Shown one piece after another: positions 48,743 through 62,661 of a stretch of DNA of 64,000 bases (positions are counted from its first letter, which is position 1; each line of letters opens with the position of its first letter). The position numbers and the translations under genes are program-made. Origin of the DNA: Octopus sinensis (lineage: Eukaryota); contig NC_043005.1 in the NCBI RefSeq assembly GCF_006345805.1, positions 16,182,001-16,246,000 of the forward strand, written 5' to 3'. A model generated the notes under the pieces. That model was given only the letters and a program-made list of their open reading frames with translations. It was not told the origin of the DNA and made no database searches.

Positions 48743-49240
48743 TCTTTATATATAAAAGTCAAGTTGTGTGTCTGTCTCCTACGATTTAGATTCCTAACTA
48801 CTCCCACATTTTGCGGTGCAGTTTAACCAAAACCGGGTATCTTATAGTTGTGATTCATATCGAGCCCTTCCGGGTATTAGCGCGCCTCCACGATGAGTCT
48901 ACGATTAAAAAAAAAATTTACCATCATTTTTTTCCATTTTAATGCATTTTTTCGATATTATATAAGGGAAGTAACCCTCTAAAAATGTCTACGATGAGTC
49001 AACGATTTAAAATAAAATTTACCATCATTTTTTTCCATTTTAATGCATTTTTTCGATATTATATAAGGGAAGTAACCCTCTAAAAATGTCTACGATGAGT
49101 CAACGATTTAAAATAAAATTTACCATCATTTTTTTCCATTTTTAATGTATTTTTTTGCTATTTTTTGGCTATAACTCTCTAAAAATGCTTATATAGTTAT
49201 TTCCCTTACAAACCCGTGCAACGCCGGGCGATACTGCTAG
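48743..49240 (+). mobile_element. Non-autonomous Helitron with internal ~100-bp tandem repeat
   Basis: A^TCTTTATATATAAAAGT ... CCCGTGCAACGCCGGG hairpin ... CTAG^T; internal units at ~48889, 48989, 49090. Confidence 0.85.
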
Positions 49241-49831
49241 TATATATATAAAAAACAGAACGAAATATTTTGCTGAAATAGTGAAATGTATTTCTCATAT
49301 TTCCTCTCAAAACTCAATTGTTTCGGTTCTTGAAATGGTAATGCGCTGCTGGTTCCTGCTGATGTCGACTAAATTGTCATTTTACTTTTCAGCAATTTCT
49401 TTTTTCTCTTTTCCCTCTTTTTTTTTTTTTTTTTAACCATTTAATCAAAATCGTGTGTAACGTCTAAAGAGACTGTTCTCCCTCCCACTATTGCCGGACT
49501 ACTAAGCTGTCTCACTCTCTAACAACAGCAGCTGTTCATGTGAAACCAATTAATTATTAGTTGAGAACTACTGTACCGTAACCTGGTTATTCAATTTTGG
49601 TGTAATATTTCTCCCTTATAGAGAAACCTGCCCCAGAATCTCTTTTCGTCAGCAGCACCTCCCATTTTATTTGAAATACTACCAAAGGATCTGGTTCCAA
49701 CGAAAATAACATACATTATGAACAGCGTATTTAAAATTACATTGCTAATCTATCCTTCCTGTTTGAAGGAGGTATGATCTGAGGGATATTTGGCTGCTTC
49801 TTTTTGTGTGTTGAGCCTAGAGTAATGCATA

Positions 49832-49996
49832 GGCGTAGGAGAGGCTGTGTGGTAAGTAGCTTGCTTACCAACCACATGGTTCCGGGTTCAGTCCCACTGC
49901 GTGGCACTTTGGGCGAGTGTCTTCTACTATAACCTCGGGCCGACCAAAGCCTTGAGAGTGGATTTGGTAGATGGAGACTGAAAGAAGCCCTTCGTA

Positions 49997-50094
<98 letters not shown>

Positions 50095-50293
50095 TGTGTC
50101 TGTGTTTGTCCCCCACCAACATCGCTTGACAACCGATGCTGGTGTCTTTACGTCCCCGTAACTTAGCGTTTCGGCAAAAGAGACCGATAGAATAAGTACT
50201 AGGCTTACAAAGAATAAGTCATGGGGTCGATTTGCTCGACTGAAAGGCGGTGCTCCAGCATGATTGAAACAAGTAAAAGAGTAAAAGAGTAAA
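49832..50293 (+). mobile_element. SINE family B, full length
   Basis: Match to the consensus with expanded internal TA/TG tract. Confidence 0.88.
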
Positions 50294-51079
50294 GATCTAG
50301 CTAGACTACTTCTGAAAAGACGAGTCTTAGAATACATTTGATCATATGTCGGCCAGAGGTAAACAACATTTTGAATAACTTTCCCCTTCAATTGTGGGAG
50401 CCTGTATGGGATCGCTCGAGATACTAAAAATGGTAGCTAAATCTCTCTAAAACTATTCTCTACTGTCTTTAAAACTGGTAAAGACATGTTCAAAATCAGA
50501 GCCTGAGATAGACTATTCTTATAGTGGAAGGATGATCTCGTCCGGGATGTCTTTGAACATAGGTCTTTTCAGTCAGTACTAACAGACTAAGCTATAACAC
50601 AATATTATTATTAGTGTTGTATCTTTGTTTAAAATATGGTTGATGGAGAACTCGTCATACTACAACTCTACACAGCGCTGAAATTCAGTGAAACTGGTTA
50701 TCGTCTGGGTGATCATTTCCAGGTGTCAGGAACAACTCTCAAGGAGTTCTAAAACCATTTTAACTCTACAATACTATTGATCGTTAATATGTGGAATTCT
50801 CCAACACTAAGAGTCAAAATAACAAAGATGAGGGAAGTCGTTCGAACTTCAACTTTTGTTTCATAATTTATGACCGGACATCTCAATTTCCTTTTGTTTC
50901 TTATTCCTCTTTCTCCCCTTCCAAAGATCATCTCCACCTATCCTTCTCTGCTTATCCTTCTTAGAGCTCTATTGTCTAGTGTGTGTATTTATAGATATGT
51001 ATAAATGATGGAACTCGGGAAATAATTTGAAAAGTTAGTAAGATACAGCTGTCTCAGTAAGATAAAGCTGTATCTTACA

Positions 51080-51535
51080 GAGACAGCTACCTTCCAGCTT
51101 CTGAAGTCCGTATGGCTCAACTCGTCTAACAAGTTACGGAACTCTGTCTGTATACCTCTATCATAATGCCGACTTATGCCTTGTGAGACGTAGGAAACAT
51201 GAGAAAAGATCAACAGACTCTAAAGAACTGCAGAGGTTCTATTCGAACTTTGCATAAAGAGATTCTTGTCGTAATCATATCAGGAATGAAGGAGTCATGG
51301 AAATTAGTAACCTACAGGTTACCATCACAACTACAGAGCGAAAGATGCGTAACCATATGTTGCATATGCTCAAGACGGGCGAAGGAGATGAGAAAGAACT
51401 CTCAAGACCTTTTTAAGGACCGTGGAGGACACGGCAGATATAAGCCACATGACCTGGGAGCTAGTTAGTAACGGATTGCGACCATGCTGGACGGAAATCT
51501 CTCGTCATCTCGCGAAATGAACAAAGACTAAGGTG
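51080..51535 (+). mobile_element. Highly decayed RTE-like LINE 3' part
   Basis: FQLLKSVW, LYTSIIMPT..CET*, RTVEDT..MTWE in broken frames. Confidence 0.45.
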
Positions 51536-52270
51536 TATGAGTACATTATTATGAATAAGTGCTTTATACGACTGGCCAAATAAGTTTGCCTTTCTTACAT
51601 TAGAATTATCTGGAATTTTGTTACAATATGTTCTCTCCACCGAGATTTTCTCTTTTCAGCCTCTTCATGAGACCTCCACTTTGTCTTTCAACCCATTTTT
51701 AAATACCTTTCGCTTTAGTCATCTACCACATCACTCTCTGATTTTCTCCTTCCTCTAACTGAACATTTTCTATGAATACGAGGAGAAAGGAAAGAATGTA
51801 ACGCTTCGGACACATGTCCTTTTTCATGGAGTGACAGGAGGAGTGACAGGCGGGAAAAAAGAAAGAAAGAGAAAAGAAGAGAGACTCACGGAGAGATACA
51901 GACTGAGACATACATACAGGCAAACATACTATATAAAAGTGTTCATTCTTTGGTTGTAAAATTACGAAAGAGTACTTGAATAAAATATAATAGTGATGTG
52001 GAAAGAGCGACGTTAGGAGAAAAGAAGAAAAGCCAGTGACCGGTTGTGTGAAAATTAGAGGTCATCAAGGAATGGATGAAATTTGTATAAGTAGCAGTCG
52101 AGAATTATTATAGATATTTGGTTAGCGTAGAGATCGATATCAGTGAAGAGAATTAAATAGTAGTGTGTCTACTTCGATGCACAACATATACCATCTTGCA
52201 GTTCTGATATTATGGTCACGCATAAACAATCAACGTAAACAATTGGATGCCACAAAGCAACAATTATATT

Positions 52271-52702
52271 CTTTTCTACTCTGGGCACAAGGCCCGAAAT
52301 TTGGGGGAAAAGACCAGTCAATTAGATCGCCCTCACACCAGTACGCAACTGGTACTTAATTTATCTACCCCGAAAGAATGAAAGGTTAAGTCGATCTCGG
52401 CGGTATTTGAGCTCAGAACATAAAGACAGACAAGATGCCGCTAAGCATTTCGCCAGCGTAGTAACGTTTCTTTTCTTTATTGCCCACAAGGGGCTAAACA
52501 TAGAGGGGACAAACAAGGATAGACAAAGGGATTAAGTCGATTACATCGACCCCAGTGCGTAACTGGTACTTAATTTATCGACCCCGAAAGGATGAAAGGC
52601 AAAGTCGACCCCGGCGAAATTTGAACTCAGAATGTAACGGCAGACAAAATACCGCTAAGCATTTCGCCCGGAGTGCTAACGTTTCTGCCAGCTCGGCGCC
52701 TT
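52271..52702 (-). mobile_element. SINE family A dimer within one 14-bp TSD
   Basis: GCAACAATTATATT at 52257-70 and 52703-16. Confidence 0.88.
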
Positions 52703-52799
52703 GCAACAATTATATTTTGCAGAATGTGAAAGCAGAACTAAAAGAAGTTATGCATGTTTCTTGGGCCCTGGGAGCCGGGGAACTCAAGTTGAAGATAAT

Positions 52800-53165
52800 G
52801 CTCGTTTCTTTGTGGTCCCGGTTTTTTTATATCTATAGTGTTGGAGAATACAGCAGTCTGAAACGTGGTCACAGAAGCCACTGGGATTAGCCATAAAACA
52901 CCCAAGGATTCCTCAAATTCATTGCTTGTACTACGTATACCCATGAGAGGCCAGTGAGATCCACTCTCGAGTGGAAATCAAAAAGGACACCGGAGGGGAG
53001 ACAGACTTGTTAAGACCAGTCAAGACTTGACTGAAGACTGTCGAAGATGATTTGACAGATATTGACAGTCTGACCTGGGAACTGACTCATCACAGAACTT
53101 GCGACTGGGCTGAGTAGAAATTTCTCTGATACTTCATAGGGAGAGGGGCAAACTAAAACTAAGAT
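52800..53165 (+). mobile_element. Decayed RTE-like LINE 3' end
   Basis: ERPVRSTLEWK, RPVKT*LKTVEDDL..LTWE..CDWAE*. Confidence 0.55.
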
Positions 53166-55846
53166 GTATGACTGAATATTCTATTTCCATATTCTTACGC
53201 TTGCGTATGTGTGTAATGCTACAGCTTTGAGAGTTCCTGGGATATTGTTGCAGGCAGCCAGCAAATATTCACGTAACCTATCTTTCAAACGCCAACACGT
53301 TTATCATATGCACAATGCATCTCAGAGCTTGCAGATTAAGCAGTATAGTTTATTAGTCTCCTGGGTGCACATGTTCTTTGTGTCGCTTTGTTTTCTTTTC
53401 TTCTCTTGGCTGGAACATAATCTCCTCCTGTGCAACATGAGATATTGGTTCCCATTACCATTTTCCTTTATTCTAACCTTCTCCCGTTTCACCCACCTCC
53501 CACACAGTCTTCTTAATTTCTTAGACTTTGTCATTCGCAGCAATCTCCTCTCACTCTCTACATCACACTCTCATTTTTACCATTTGCTGGCCTAAAACCA
53601 AAGCGACGGTTAAAAGGTGTTATATTTTTCACTCCTCGCGGCATTGAAACGTATTGATATCTTCTAGGACCTAACTTCCATCACAAACTTTCTTGAAATT
53701 CTGGGTTTTATCTGTGTTCACAACAACTCGCCTCGGCGGTTCTTCGCTTCTTCAATAAACTCCAGTTCAAAATCCGTAGCCTGGTGGTCTATGCTAAATG
53801 TTTGTAATTCTCCCATTTCGTATTCTCTAACAAATTCCACAATTATGAGATCGTACAAGGCTCTTATATACCTCAGTCTAAGTAACTTTCGAAATAGAAA
53901 GTTACTCAAAACTGGCTGCGACTTCCAAAACTAATTATTCACTGTGGAAAAAATTACTTGGATTAGATACAAAATCCTGAAGTTACTTCCGTTTCTGTTT
54001 AACCGCCAAATCAATCTTGATTGCTTAGAGTCTAAACCTTAGACCTATCAATGACCATCCTGCCTTTCTATGACAATCATGCCCTTTCGCAGATACAGTG
54101 TGACAATGATTTTATTATCCAATGTGTTATTTCACTTCTAAGACCACTAGGGTGAGATCGATGGAAGATTTCGCTGTTCCTTGTGGTAAATCATGTGACT
54201 ACCTAATGGTTCCATGGTTCGGTGTTTCTTTCTTTCGTCTTTCGGATGAAAGAGTAGCTGGTTCTTTACTGAGTTCATAGGCATAAACTATAAAATCTGC
54301 TTCGGCTGCAATAACATGAAATGATGTTAAATGTTATATTAAATGCTATAGTGTTGTATTAAAATCGCTATTGCATATTGTTACATATATTGTAATGTAC
54401 CATTATATTATTCTATATTATATTACGTTATATTTTATTATATCATATTATATTATATATGATTTTATATTATATTATATTATATTATATCAGATTATAC
54501 TGATACAGAGTATTCGCAAATGTGATAAGACAGCAGACATTTTTAAATGCAAGAGTTCATTTATTTTATACCATTAAGATTATTTTGAGAAACAGGGTAC
54601 TGAAGCGATTCTTGACAGCAACTGGGTAACGGCATTCTGTTTTTAGTAGTTTTATAGGAAATATGAATTTCAGAAGATAGTCTTCTCCTAAAGATATCTA
54701 AGAAATAAAGTGCTAGGCGGGCAAAAAAAGAAGAACGAAAAAAAGTAGTATTTTTCCCAAGGGAAAATGTTTTCAGTTTAGTAAACAAGAAAACGTTTTA
54801 TTTCTTTATTACTAAGTTAATATTTTTAAATATAAAGTAATGTTGTCATTTCATACGTTGTCTAATGTTTCGGAGGATGAAACGTGCTGACATTTCTGTT
54901 GGAATGCTGTAAGAAGATGTTTTAAAAAAAACAAAAAAAAAAACAGAAGAAAATGTTCTCATTGTTTTAACGTTTCTTTAAAACTATTTCCAGCCTTGTC
55001 ATTTATACGATTCTCTTCGTCCATCTGTTTTCTTTTCATTAGTATTTTTTTTAAATTTATTTTTCACTATGCTTTGACATTGGCTCGTGTTAAGCAAGGT
55101 TGAATGACAATGAAAATAAAATGGGTGAATTCAGAAGCAGCATGATGTGTGAATTAAACGATCTTTGTTTAACTAAATAAGACAAAAATATAGACATATG
55201 AGTACCCGTGACTATTATATCAGTAGATATTTAATGATTATAGATCAGAGGATTATCAGTTGAAAAAAAAACAAACTCTTCAGTAAGGGCCAATTCGGGG
55301 GTTTTCTGTTCCGAGGAGCAGGAGGAATGACAGAGAGAGATTGGTAGAGAGCAGTAAGACCAACAACAACGACAGCAGTTCACAGAGGTCGCTGATCCAA
55401 TGGAACTATATGTCGAAGATCTGGTACGGGAAGAGAAAGAAGAGCTCTCCTTGTCTTCTGTCCCAGAAGTGGTGGATATAGAAGTCTTAAAGGCAGCAGT
55501 AGATTACTACCACCCTATCTATTTTCAAGTACGCGGAGAAAATACGCACTGAAGAGGAATAGCAGACTGTTGCAGAGACAAAACAAAAATGACAGAAAAA
55601 GGTCGATGAGCGAAAGCAAAAGGTGTGTAACATATACCAAGAGACCCCACCACCACCACTTTGTGGGAAAATATGGAGTTCAAGATCATGAGAAGGAGCA
55701 ATGTGTTACTGACATGACAGCTGAGTCATTAAACAATTAAGAATCACAACGATGTGGTGTACGAAGTGGAGTTAGATATACAGGAGTCGGACAAAAGATG
55801 CTGGCGAAGGCCACATCAATAATTTACCACAGTTGTTGCTTACTAC

Positions 55847-56152
55847 TGGAGGCACAATGGCCCAGTGGTTAGGGCAGCGGACTCGCGGTCGGAGGATTGC
55901 AGTTTCGATTCCCAGACTGGGCGTTGTGTGTGTTTATTGAGCGAAAATACCTAAAAGCTCCACGAGGCTCCGGCAGAGGGGGATGGAGTCCCCTGTTGTA
56001 CTCTTTCGTCATAAATTTCTCTCACTCTCTCTTCCTGTTTCTTGAGTAACGGTGCGATGGACTGGCTTCCTGTCCAGCTGGGGGGAACACAAACGCCACA
56101 GAAACCAAAAAACCGGGCCTATGAGCTTGGTTAGGCTTGAAAAGGGCGACGT
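55847..56152 (+). mobile_element. SINE family C head with a third type of 3' module
   Basis: Matches SINE-C up to CTTCCTGTTTCT, then TGCGATGGACTGGCTTCCTGTCCAG...CAGAAACC. Confidence 0.8.
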
Positions 56153-56224
56153 TTGCCGTTTCTTTTTTATCGTTGCTTGCTGCTGCTGCTGCTTCGTACT
56201 CTTGCTTGATGGGGCTGGGGTCAT

Positions 56225-56440
56225 CTCAGCTTAGTGATCCGAGAGGCGTCATCGTGCATAGAGCTGACCAGCGCCAGTACTCCCCATCATCGACGGTCCC
56301 ATGCCAGTCCTTCTACATCCCTCTGCAGAGCTTCCTTAATTACGTCCAGCCATCTTGTGCGGGGCCTATCACGAAGCTTCTTCCAACCTGCAGCAGAAAA
56401 ACAGAAACTCCCAGAAGACCTTTTAAGTCTTTTTAATATG
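56225..56440 (-). mobile_element. RTE-like LINE 3' end fragment
   Basis: GWKKLRDRPRTRWLDVIKEAL..VEGLAWDRR*W. Confidence 0.65.
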
Positions 56441-58105
56441 ACTAACTTAAAATATGTGCAGTCCCCTTTGGTATCAACACAACGAGTTGCAGGCAAGCAA
56501 AGTCGCTGAGCTCTTTGAGAGGGTAGATTACTTTATTTGTGTTTCATGTTTTTTAAATTACGACTTATACGTATTCTGTTTTAATTACTGTTTCATACAA
56601 TTATATATTTATTGTTTTTCTTAATTTTTATCAAATTTTCAATATGTTCTTTGCATAACGTTTTTACTCCTCCCCTTGACAAAACATTAAGAAATAAGTG
56701 AACAACAGATTGCATATCCTGTTATGATGTCCTCTGTATAAGTCCTTACTCTTCCCCTTGCTAAAACATTGAGAAATAAGTAAACGACACATTGCATGTA
56801 CTGTTGTCTTAGACGTGACTAAAACAGTGGATAGTTAAAGCTGGAATGTCTTTGAAAATAATTTTGTTTTGCTTGATCAGGATTGTCCTGAGGCTAAACA
56901 AAAACAACGACAGCAGCTACAACAATCTTTATAACACAGGTTATGCTGAAAAATTTTAAAGTGCACGGAAAGGCATTCCAAAGGGATTTGTAATAATTCA
57001 AGCTGAAGTGGAATGCAATCGTCTGGAAGCGAAAAACCATTTCTAAAAATACATTCAGTTTATTTCTGATAAACAATTTTTTCTAAAGAGTTTCAGAAGA
57101 ATATTAAACAGCATTTTTCAATAATGCAAGAATTGGTGAAGAACAAAACTGTCAAAAGAAAATACCTTGCGGTTTTTAGTTGTGACTCTTTACGTACTGA
57201 GTTCAAATGGTGTCATTTCTGCTTTTGGCTTTATCTTTTCTCTTTCTGCGAGAAAGTAAAAAAAAAGTAACCCTCGATAAAATAAGTCTATCTCAAATCC
57301 TAGGGATCAATGTAATCGACTGACCGCTCAAGTCCACTTCTAACAATCAATAGGATAGAAAGCGCGTCGATTGTTTGACCCCCCCCCCCCAAAAAAAAAG
57401 GCAGGTAATTAACTGTAGTTAATGAGCGGGGACAAACAAACACAACAAAATAAGATAAATCAAAATAACAAAGAATACAAAATGAAAGAAAAAGAGTGCA
57501 GAGTAAATAACAACAAAAAAAAGAAGAAACATTTCTGTTGTTGCTGCAGAGTGTACAAATTGCAGAATCTTATCTACAGATACAAAAAATTTGGTGTGTG
57601 TTCTTAGTAGTTTCTGCTTTAAGAAAATTGTTACTAATGGATTTTACTAATGGAAGGAAAACGCCCCTAACCATAAATAACTCTCGCAAGATGGCACTGA
57701 TAGACGACGGCACGAAATGTAGTAAATTTTGTTTTGTCAATACATAAAATTTATTAAAGAGATATGAAAGCACACAGATACACAAACTCACTCACACGCA
57801 TACATACATAAACATATACGTACGTACGTACATACATACATACATACATACATACATACATACATACATACATACATACAAACATACATACATACATATA
57901 TACACATGTATGCGTGTATGAATGTATGTATGTGGAAAATATATTTTTTTTTTGTATAGTATTAGAAGTTACGTCACGATCTAGTCAATTACTTTTCCTT
58001 TTCCTAAAAAATGAGAGCAAAGAGGGCGCTGCTGTTGCTATTGTTGTTGTAGTTGTTGTTCCTAGATCAGCCCTAATCGAGCGTAACTATGGTGAAAGCC
58101 ATACC

Positions 58106-58334
58106 TCTTTCTTTACTACCCACAAGGGGCTAAACACAGAGAGGACAAACAAGGACAGACAAACGAAATTAAGTCGATTATATAGACCCCAGTGCGTAAC
58201 TAGTACTTATTTAATCGACCCCGAAAGGATGAAAGGCAAAGTCGACCTCGGCGGAATTTGAACTCAGAATGTAACCGCAGACGAAATGTCACTAAGCATT
58301 TCGCCCGGCGTGCTAACGTATCTACCAGCTCGCC
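58106..58334 (-). mobile_element. SINE family A monomer with 15-bp TSD
   Basis: GGTGAAAGCCATACC at 58091-105 and 58335-49. Confidence 0.92.
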
Positions 58335-58734
58335 GGTGAAAGCCATACCATCATTCTATTTGTCAGAAGCTGCATTGTCCAATATACCCAAGACGGTAAG
58401 GTGTGATCTGAGAAAGATTCGGAGGTTATTTCTAGAAGGCTGAAGGTGACAGAGTTGGGAAAAGAAGTAAAGTTCCAGGTTAAGCAAACACCGGATGTCG
58501 TTTAGTTGCCTTCCTTCATCTTCTGAGTTTGATCCACCTAGGCGCGACAATATCCATAGCAGCCATGTAATGGGGTTAATTTTATTCAATTAAACTTCCC
58601 TCCTCAACAAAATTTCGTGGCCCTTGGCTTAAAATTAGAAATCAATAGAAGAGTTCCCATAAATATTCAATAAGATTAATAGCTGTAAAGAATGGAGAAT
58701 GTGAAGTCGAAAGATAAGAAGATATTTTGATATT

Positions 58735-59092
<358 letters not shown>

Positions 59093-59383
59093 GTAGCTGT
59101 GAGTTTCATACATAATGGCATTGTTACTGAAACATGAGATTAATGAATGTAGAATACAATCGCGTACATTATGACTAGTGAAATATTTTGCGTAATATAA
59201 GAGAAATGTGTTAAAAATTGTCTGGTATATGAAACAGTCCCTTTTTCTTATGCGCTCGCTCCCCCTACGTTTAGAACCTGGCTACACTACTGAGACCAAT
59301 GAGCAAGTTTTTGGTGAATTGTGTGCCCTCGATGTGGTTTTCATTCCTAGTGGAGGTCATAGGTACAACTACTCACATATATA

Positions 59384-59524
59384 TTAGGTTGTCCCAAAAG
59401 TTCGTAAACACTTGCGAAAATTGAATTTTTACTCGCCAAGTACTAACAAAAACAACAAAAATTATTCCTCAAAATAAAGACCATTATTTTCCAAGACTTT
59501 CTACGAACTTTTGGGACAACCTTA
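59384..59524. mobile_element. 141-bp mariner-derived MITE
   Basis: 23-bp TIRs (T(T/A)AGGTTGTCCCAAAAGTTCGTA), TA on both sides; minus strand retains KVLENNGLYFEE*. Confidence 0.88.
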
Positions 59525-59679
59525 TATTTTGCTGGTTGGAAACCTTTTATTAAGGTGGTTAGTGTAGATGAAGCAATGGATATGTTGCCCCGACACTTTG
59601 TCCTGTACTTTCTAAATATGTAAAATACATCTTGTTAACTCGATCTGTAATGTTCCTTCTGTATTTTAAACAATTGATT

Positions 59680-60535
59680 CAAAGTTTGGCACAAGACCAG
59701 GAACATTTTTGGAGGAAAAAAGATTTAGTCGATTATCTCGACCCTAATACTTGACTGATACTTCATTTTATCAAATCCTACTGGATAAAAGGTAAAGCTC
59801 ACATCGGCGGGTTTTGAACTCAGAATGTAAAGAACTGGAAGAAATGCCGCTAAGCTTTTTGTCCGATGCACCAACGATTCTGGCCGCTTGCCGCTTTCTT
59901 CCATACTTAATAATTCTTTCTAATTTTTGACAAAGGGCCAGCAATTTTGAGGGGTTGAGCAAGTTGATTTGATCGACCTTAGTATTTGACATCGACCCCC
60001 AACTGGGTAAAATGCCAAATTGACCTTGGAAGGATACGAACTCAGAGTATAAAGAGCCGGAAAAAATTTCATTCAGCGAATGATTCTGGCAGTTCGCCTT
60101 TTTCTTCTGTACTTTAGTAATTCCATCTAATTTTGGAAAAAACCAACATTTTTTTAAGGAGTAAAGGGGTTAGTCGACTACAGTAGTTGACTAGTGATTT
60201 ATTTTATCATCACCTAAAGGATGAAAGGCGAGGTTTATCGTGGCAGAATCTAAACTCGGAACGTTAGGAGCCGGAACAAATGCTATTGAGCATTTTGTTC
60301 GATGCGCTAACGACTCTCGAAGTTCGCTGTCATTTTCCGTATTTCAATAACAATTTCAAATTTTGGTACCAAGCCAGCAAGTTCGGGAGAAGGAATAAGT
60401 CGATTACATTAACTCCAGCGCTCAACTGGTACTTATTTTATCGACTCCGAAAGGATAAAAGGCAAAGTCGACCGTGGCGGAATTTGAACTCAAAACGTAA
60501 AACCGGACGAAAAGCCGCTAAGCATTTTTCGACAA
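59680..60535 (-). mobile_element. Array of four old SINE-A copies
   Basis: Four head-to-tail diverged units with AACTC(A/G)(G/A)A B-box-like sites at ~59817, 60039, 60253, 60487. Confidence 0.7.
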
Positions 60536-60555
60536 TCAATACTTCATTTCATTTT

Positions 60556-60673
60556 ATTATATATATATATTATTTATACTATATATTCTATATTCTACAT
60601 TAATATTATAAAGAATATAAATAAAACATAAAAAACAGAGTTGGAATTTCTTTGAATAATATATATATATATG

Positions 60674-60719
<46 letters not shown>

Positions 60720-60745
60720 TATATATATATAATATATATATATAT

Positions 60746-60796
<51 letters not shown>

Positions 60797-60798
60797 CA

Positions 60799-60836
<38 letters not shown>

Positions 60837-60962
60837 TAGTAATATAATAAAAGTAAATAAAATATTTAATGGTTGCCTGCCTCTTTTATGTATATACAAA
60901 AAATATTTATATATATATAATATGTACGTATATATAAATATGTACGTATATATATATATGCA

Positions 60963-61005
<43 letters not shown>

Positions 61006-61237
61006 ATATATATAATATATATATATATATAAAGCACGATTTATTCACGATCGGAGTTGCTACTGTACCTTAATAATAATAATAATAATAAATAATAATA
61101 ATAATAATAATAAGAATAATAAGAATAATAATAATAATAATAACAATAATAATAATATAATAATAATAATAATATAATAATAATAAAATAATAATAATGA
61201 TAATAATAATAATAATAATAATAAAATAATAATAAAA
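60556..61237. repeat. (TA)n and (TAA)n tracts
   Basis: Direct inspection. Confidence 0.95.
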
Positions 61238-61404
61238 GAGTTCACGTATAGCAGAATTTGCCTGTATCATTCTTGCACGTACGATGTGTCATAATCTAAT
61301 ATGCACAGAATTCAGATTCTTATTCAATATACAACTCCCGTTATATTACATACTATGATAAGATACATCCTTAAATGGAGTTAACCAATCAGGTTTAGTC
61401 ATTA

Positions 61405-61660
61405 TTTTACCTATTTCAGTCATTGGACTGCGGCCATGCTGGGGCAACGCCTTGAAGGGTGTAGTCGATGGAATCGACCCTATTCCTTTTTGATTTCTTT
61501 TGGGTTTTTTATATTTCTCGAAAGAAACTCTGCAGATTTTTTCCCATGTTTCCCACGCCTCGCAGGCATATTTTGTCGGTCTTTGTTCCGAAGCGCTAAG
61601 TTACGAGGAAGTAAACAGTCATACACCGATTGGAAGCAGTAGGGAGACAAAGACAAGCTC
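61405..61660 (-). mobile_element. Decayed SINE-B 3' half
   Basis: TTTCAGTCATTGGACTGCGGCCATGCTGG...GCTAAGTTACG. Confidence 0.65.
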
Positions 61661-61807
61661 GCACACACACGCACACACACACATACAAACACACATACAA
61701 ACACACACACATGCATGCATATACACACACATACACACACACAAGCACGCACACATATTTGTGAAACATTCAATGAAATGTATGTATGTATATATATATA
61801 TATATAG

Positions 61808-62661
61808 GGGTGAAAAGGAACACACGAGTTGATATATATGAAAAAACAAGTAAAAAATAGAAAATGCTAAAATAATTTTATAGTGAACATTTCAGTACCG
61901 GTTTCGGTCATTTTGAGACCTTTTCAACTGTAACGATTAAATAATTAAATTTAGAAAAATTAGAAGAAAAGTTTTTTTAAAAGAATATTTCTATAGTGGT
62001 GTTCAGATTTAAGTGGCATTCTGCCTTTCTCTGACTCCCTTGTTTGCACTTGTGTGTTCGAGGTAGTTGTGAGCTCTTGGTAGGGTAGTAGAGAGAAGGG
62101 CTGGTGAGGAAAGGGGGTGGGAGAATCTGGGAGTGCCCTGATGGTCGTATTTTGAATGGTCAGTGGCGGCTGGCAGTCTCAGTTCAATTCAGGAGAATAT
62201 TTATATTGATAGGCTTCTTTATAGAATTAGCGTAGGTGTTATACTAAAAACATTAGTGACAAACTTAAGGGGTAGGGGGTGGAGAAGAAAGAAGAAGAAG
62301 AGAAGAAGGAGAAGGAGAAGGAGAAGGAGAAGATGACGATGATGGTGATGGTGGTGATGATTATGACGACGATGATGATGATAACGATGATGATGAAGAA
62401 GAAGAAGAAGAGAAGGAGGAGAAGGAGAAGATGGTGGTGATGATGGTGGCGATGATGATGATGCCGATGATGATGATAACGATGATGATGAAGAAGAAGA
62501 GGAAGAAGAAGAAGAGAGAAAAAACAGAGAAGGGAGAATATGAATGTAAATATAGCTATGAAGGGGCTGATTAGTAATGGATTCTATTGAGTGTAGTATT
62601 TGTGTGTGTATATATATTTTTTTCTTTTATTCTAAAGTTGAGGTATATTAAGTTGAGGTGT
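61808..62661 (-). mobile_element. Inverted PLE 3' end (last codons plus 3' region with hammerhead-like motif)
   Basis: Minus strand starts ..PQLNIPQL*; includes the 62285-62530 microsatellite and the motif at 61893-61930; homologous to 31760-32020. Confidence 0.65.
61893..61930 (-). ncRNA. Minimal type I hammerhead-like motif (U3-A8 core)
   Basis: CAG-TTGAAAA-GGTC-tcaaaat-GACC-GAAA-CCGG-TA-CTG. Confidence 0.65.

Noticed and set aside
53718-53909. Possible host exon
   Set aside because: No recognisable domain or supporting neighbouring exons.
55290-55830. Purine-rich segment with degenerate C-x2-Y-x4-H-x4-C (~55662)
   Set aside because: Needs a frameshift and a substitution; too weak to call LINE ORF1.
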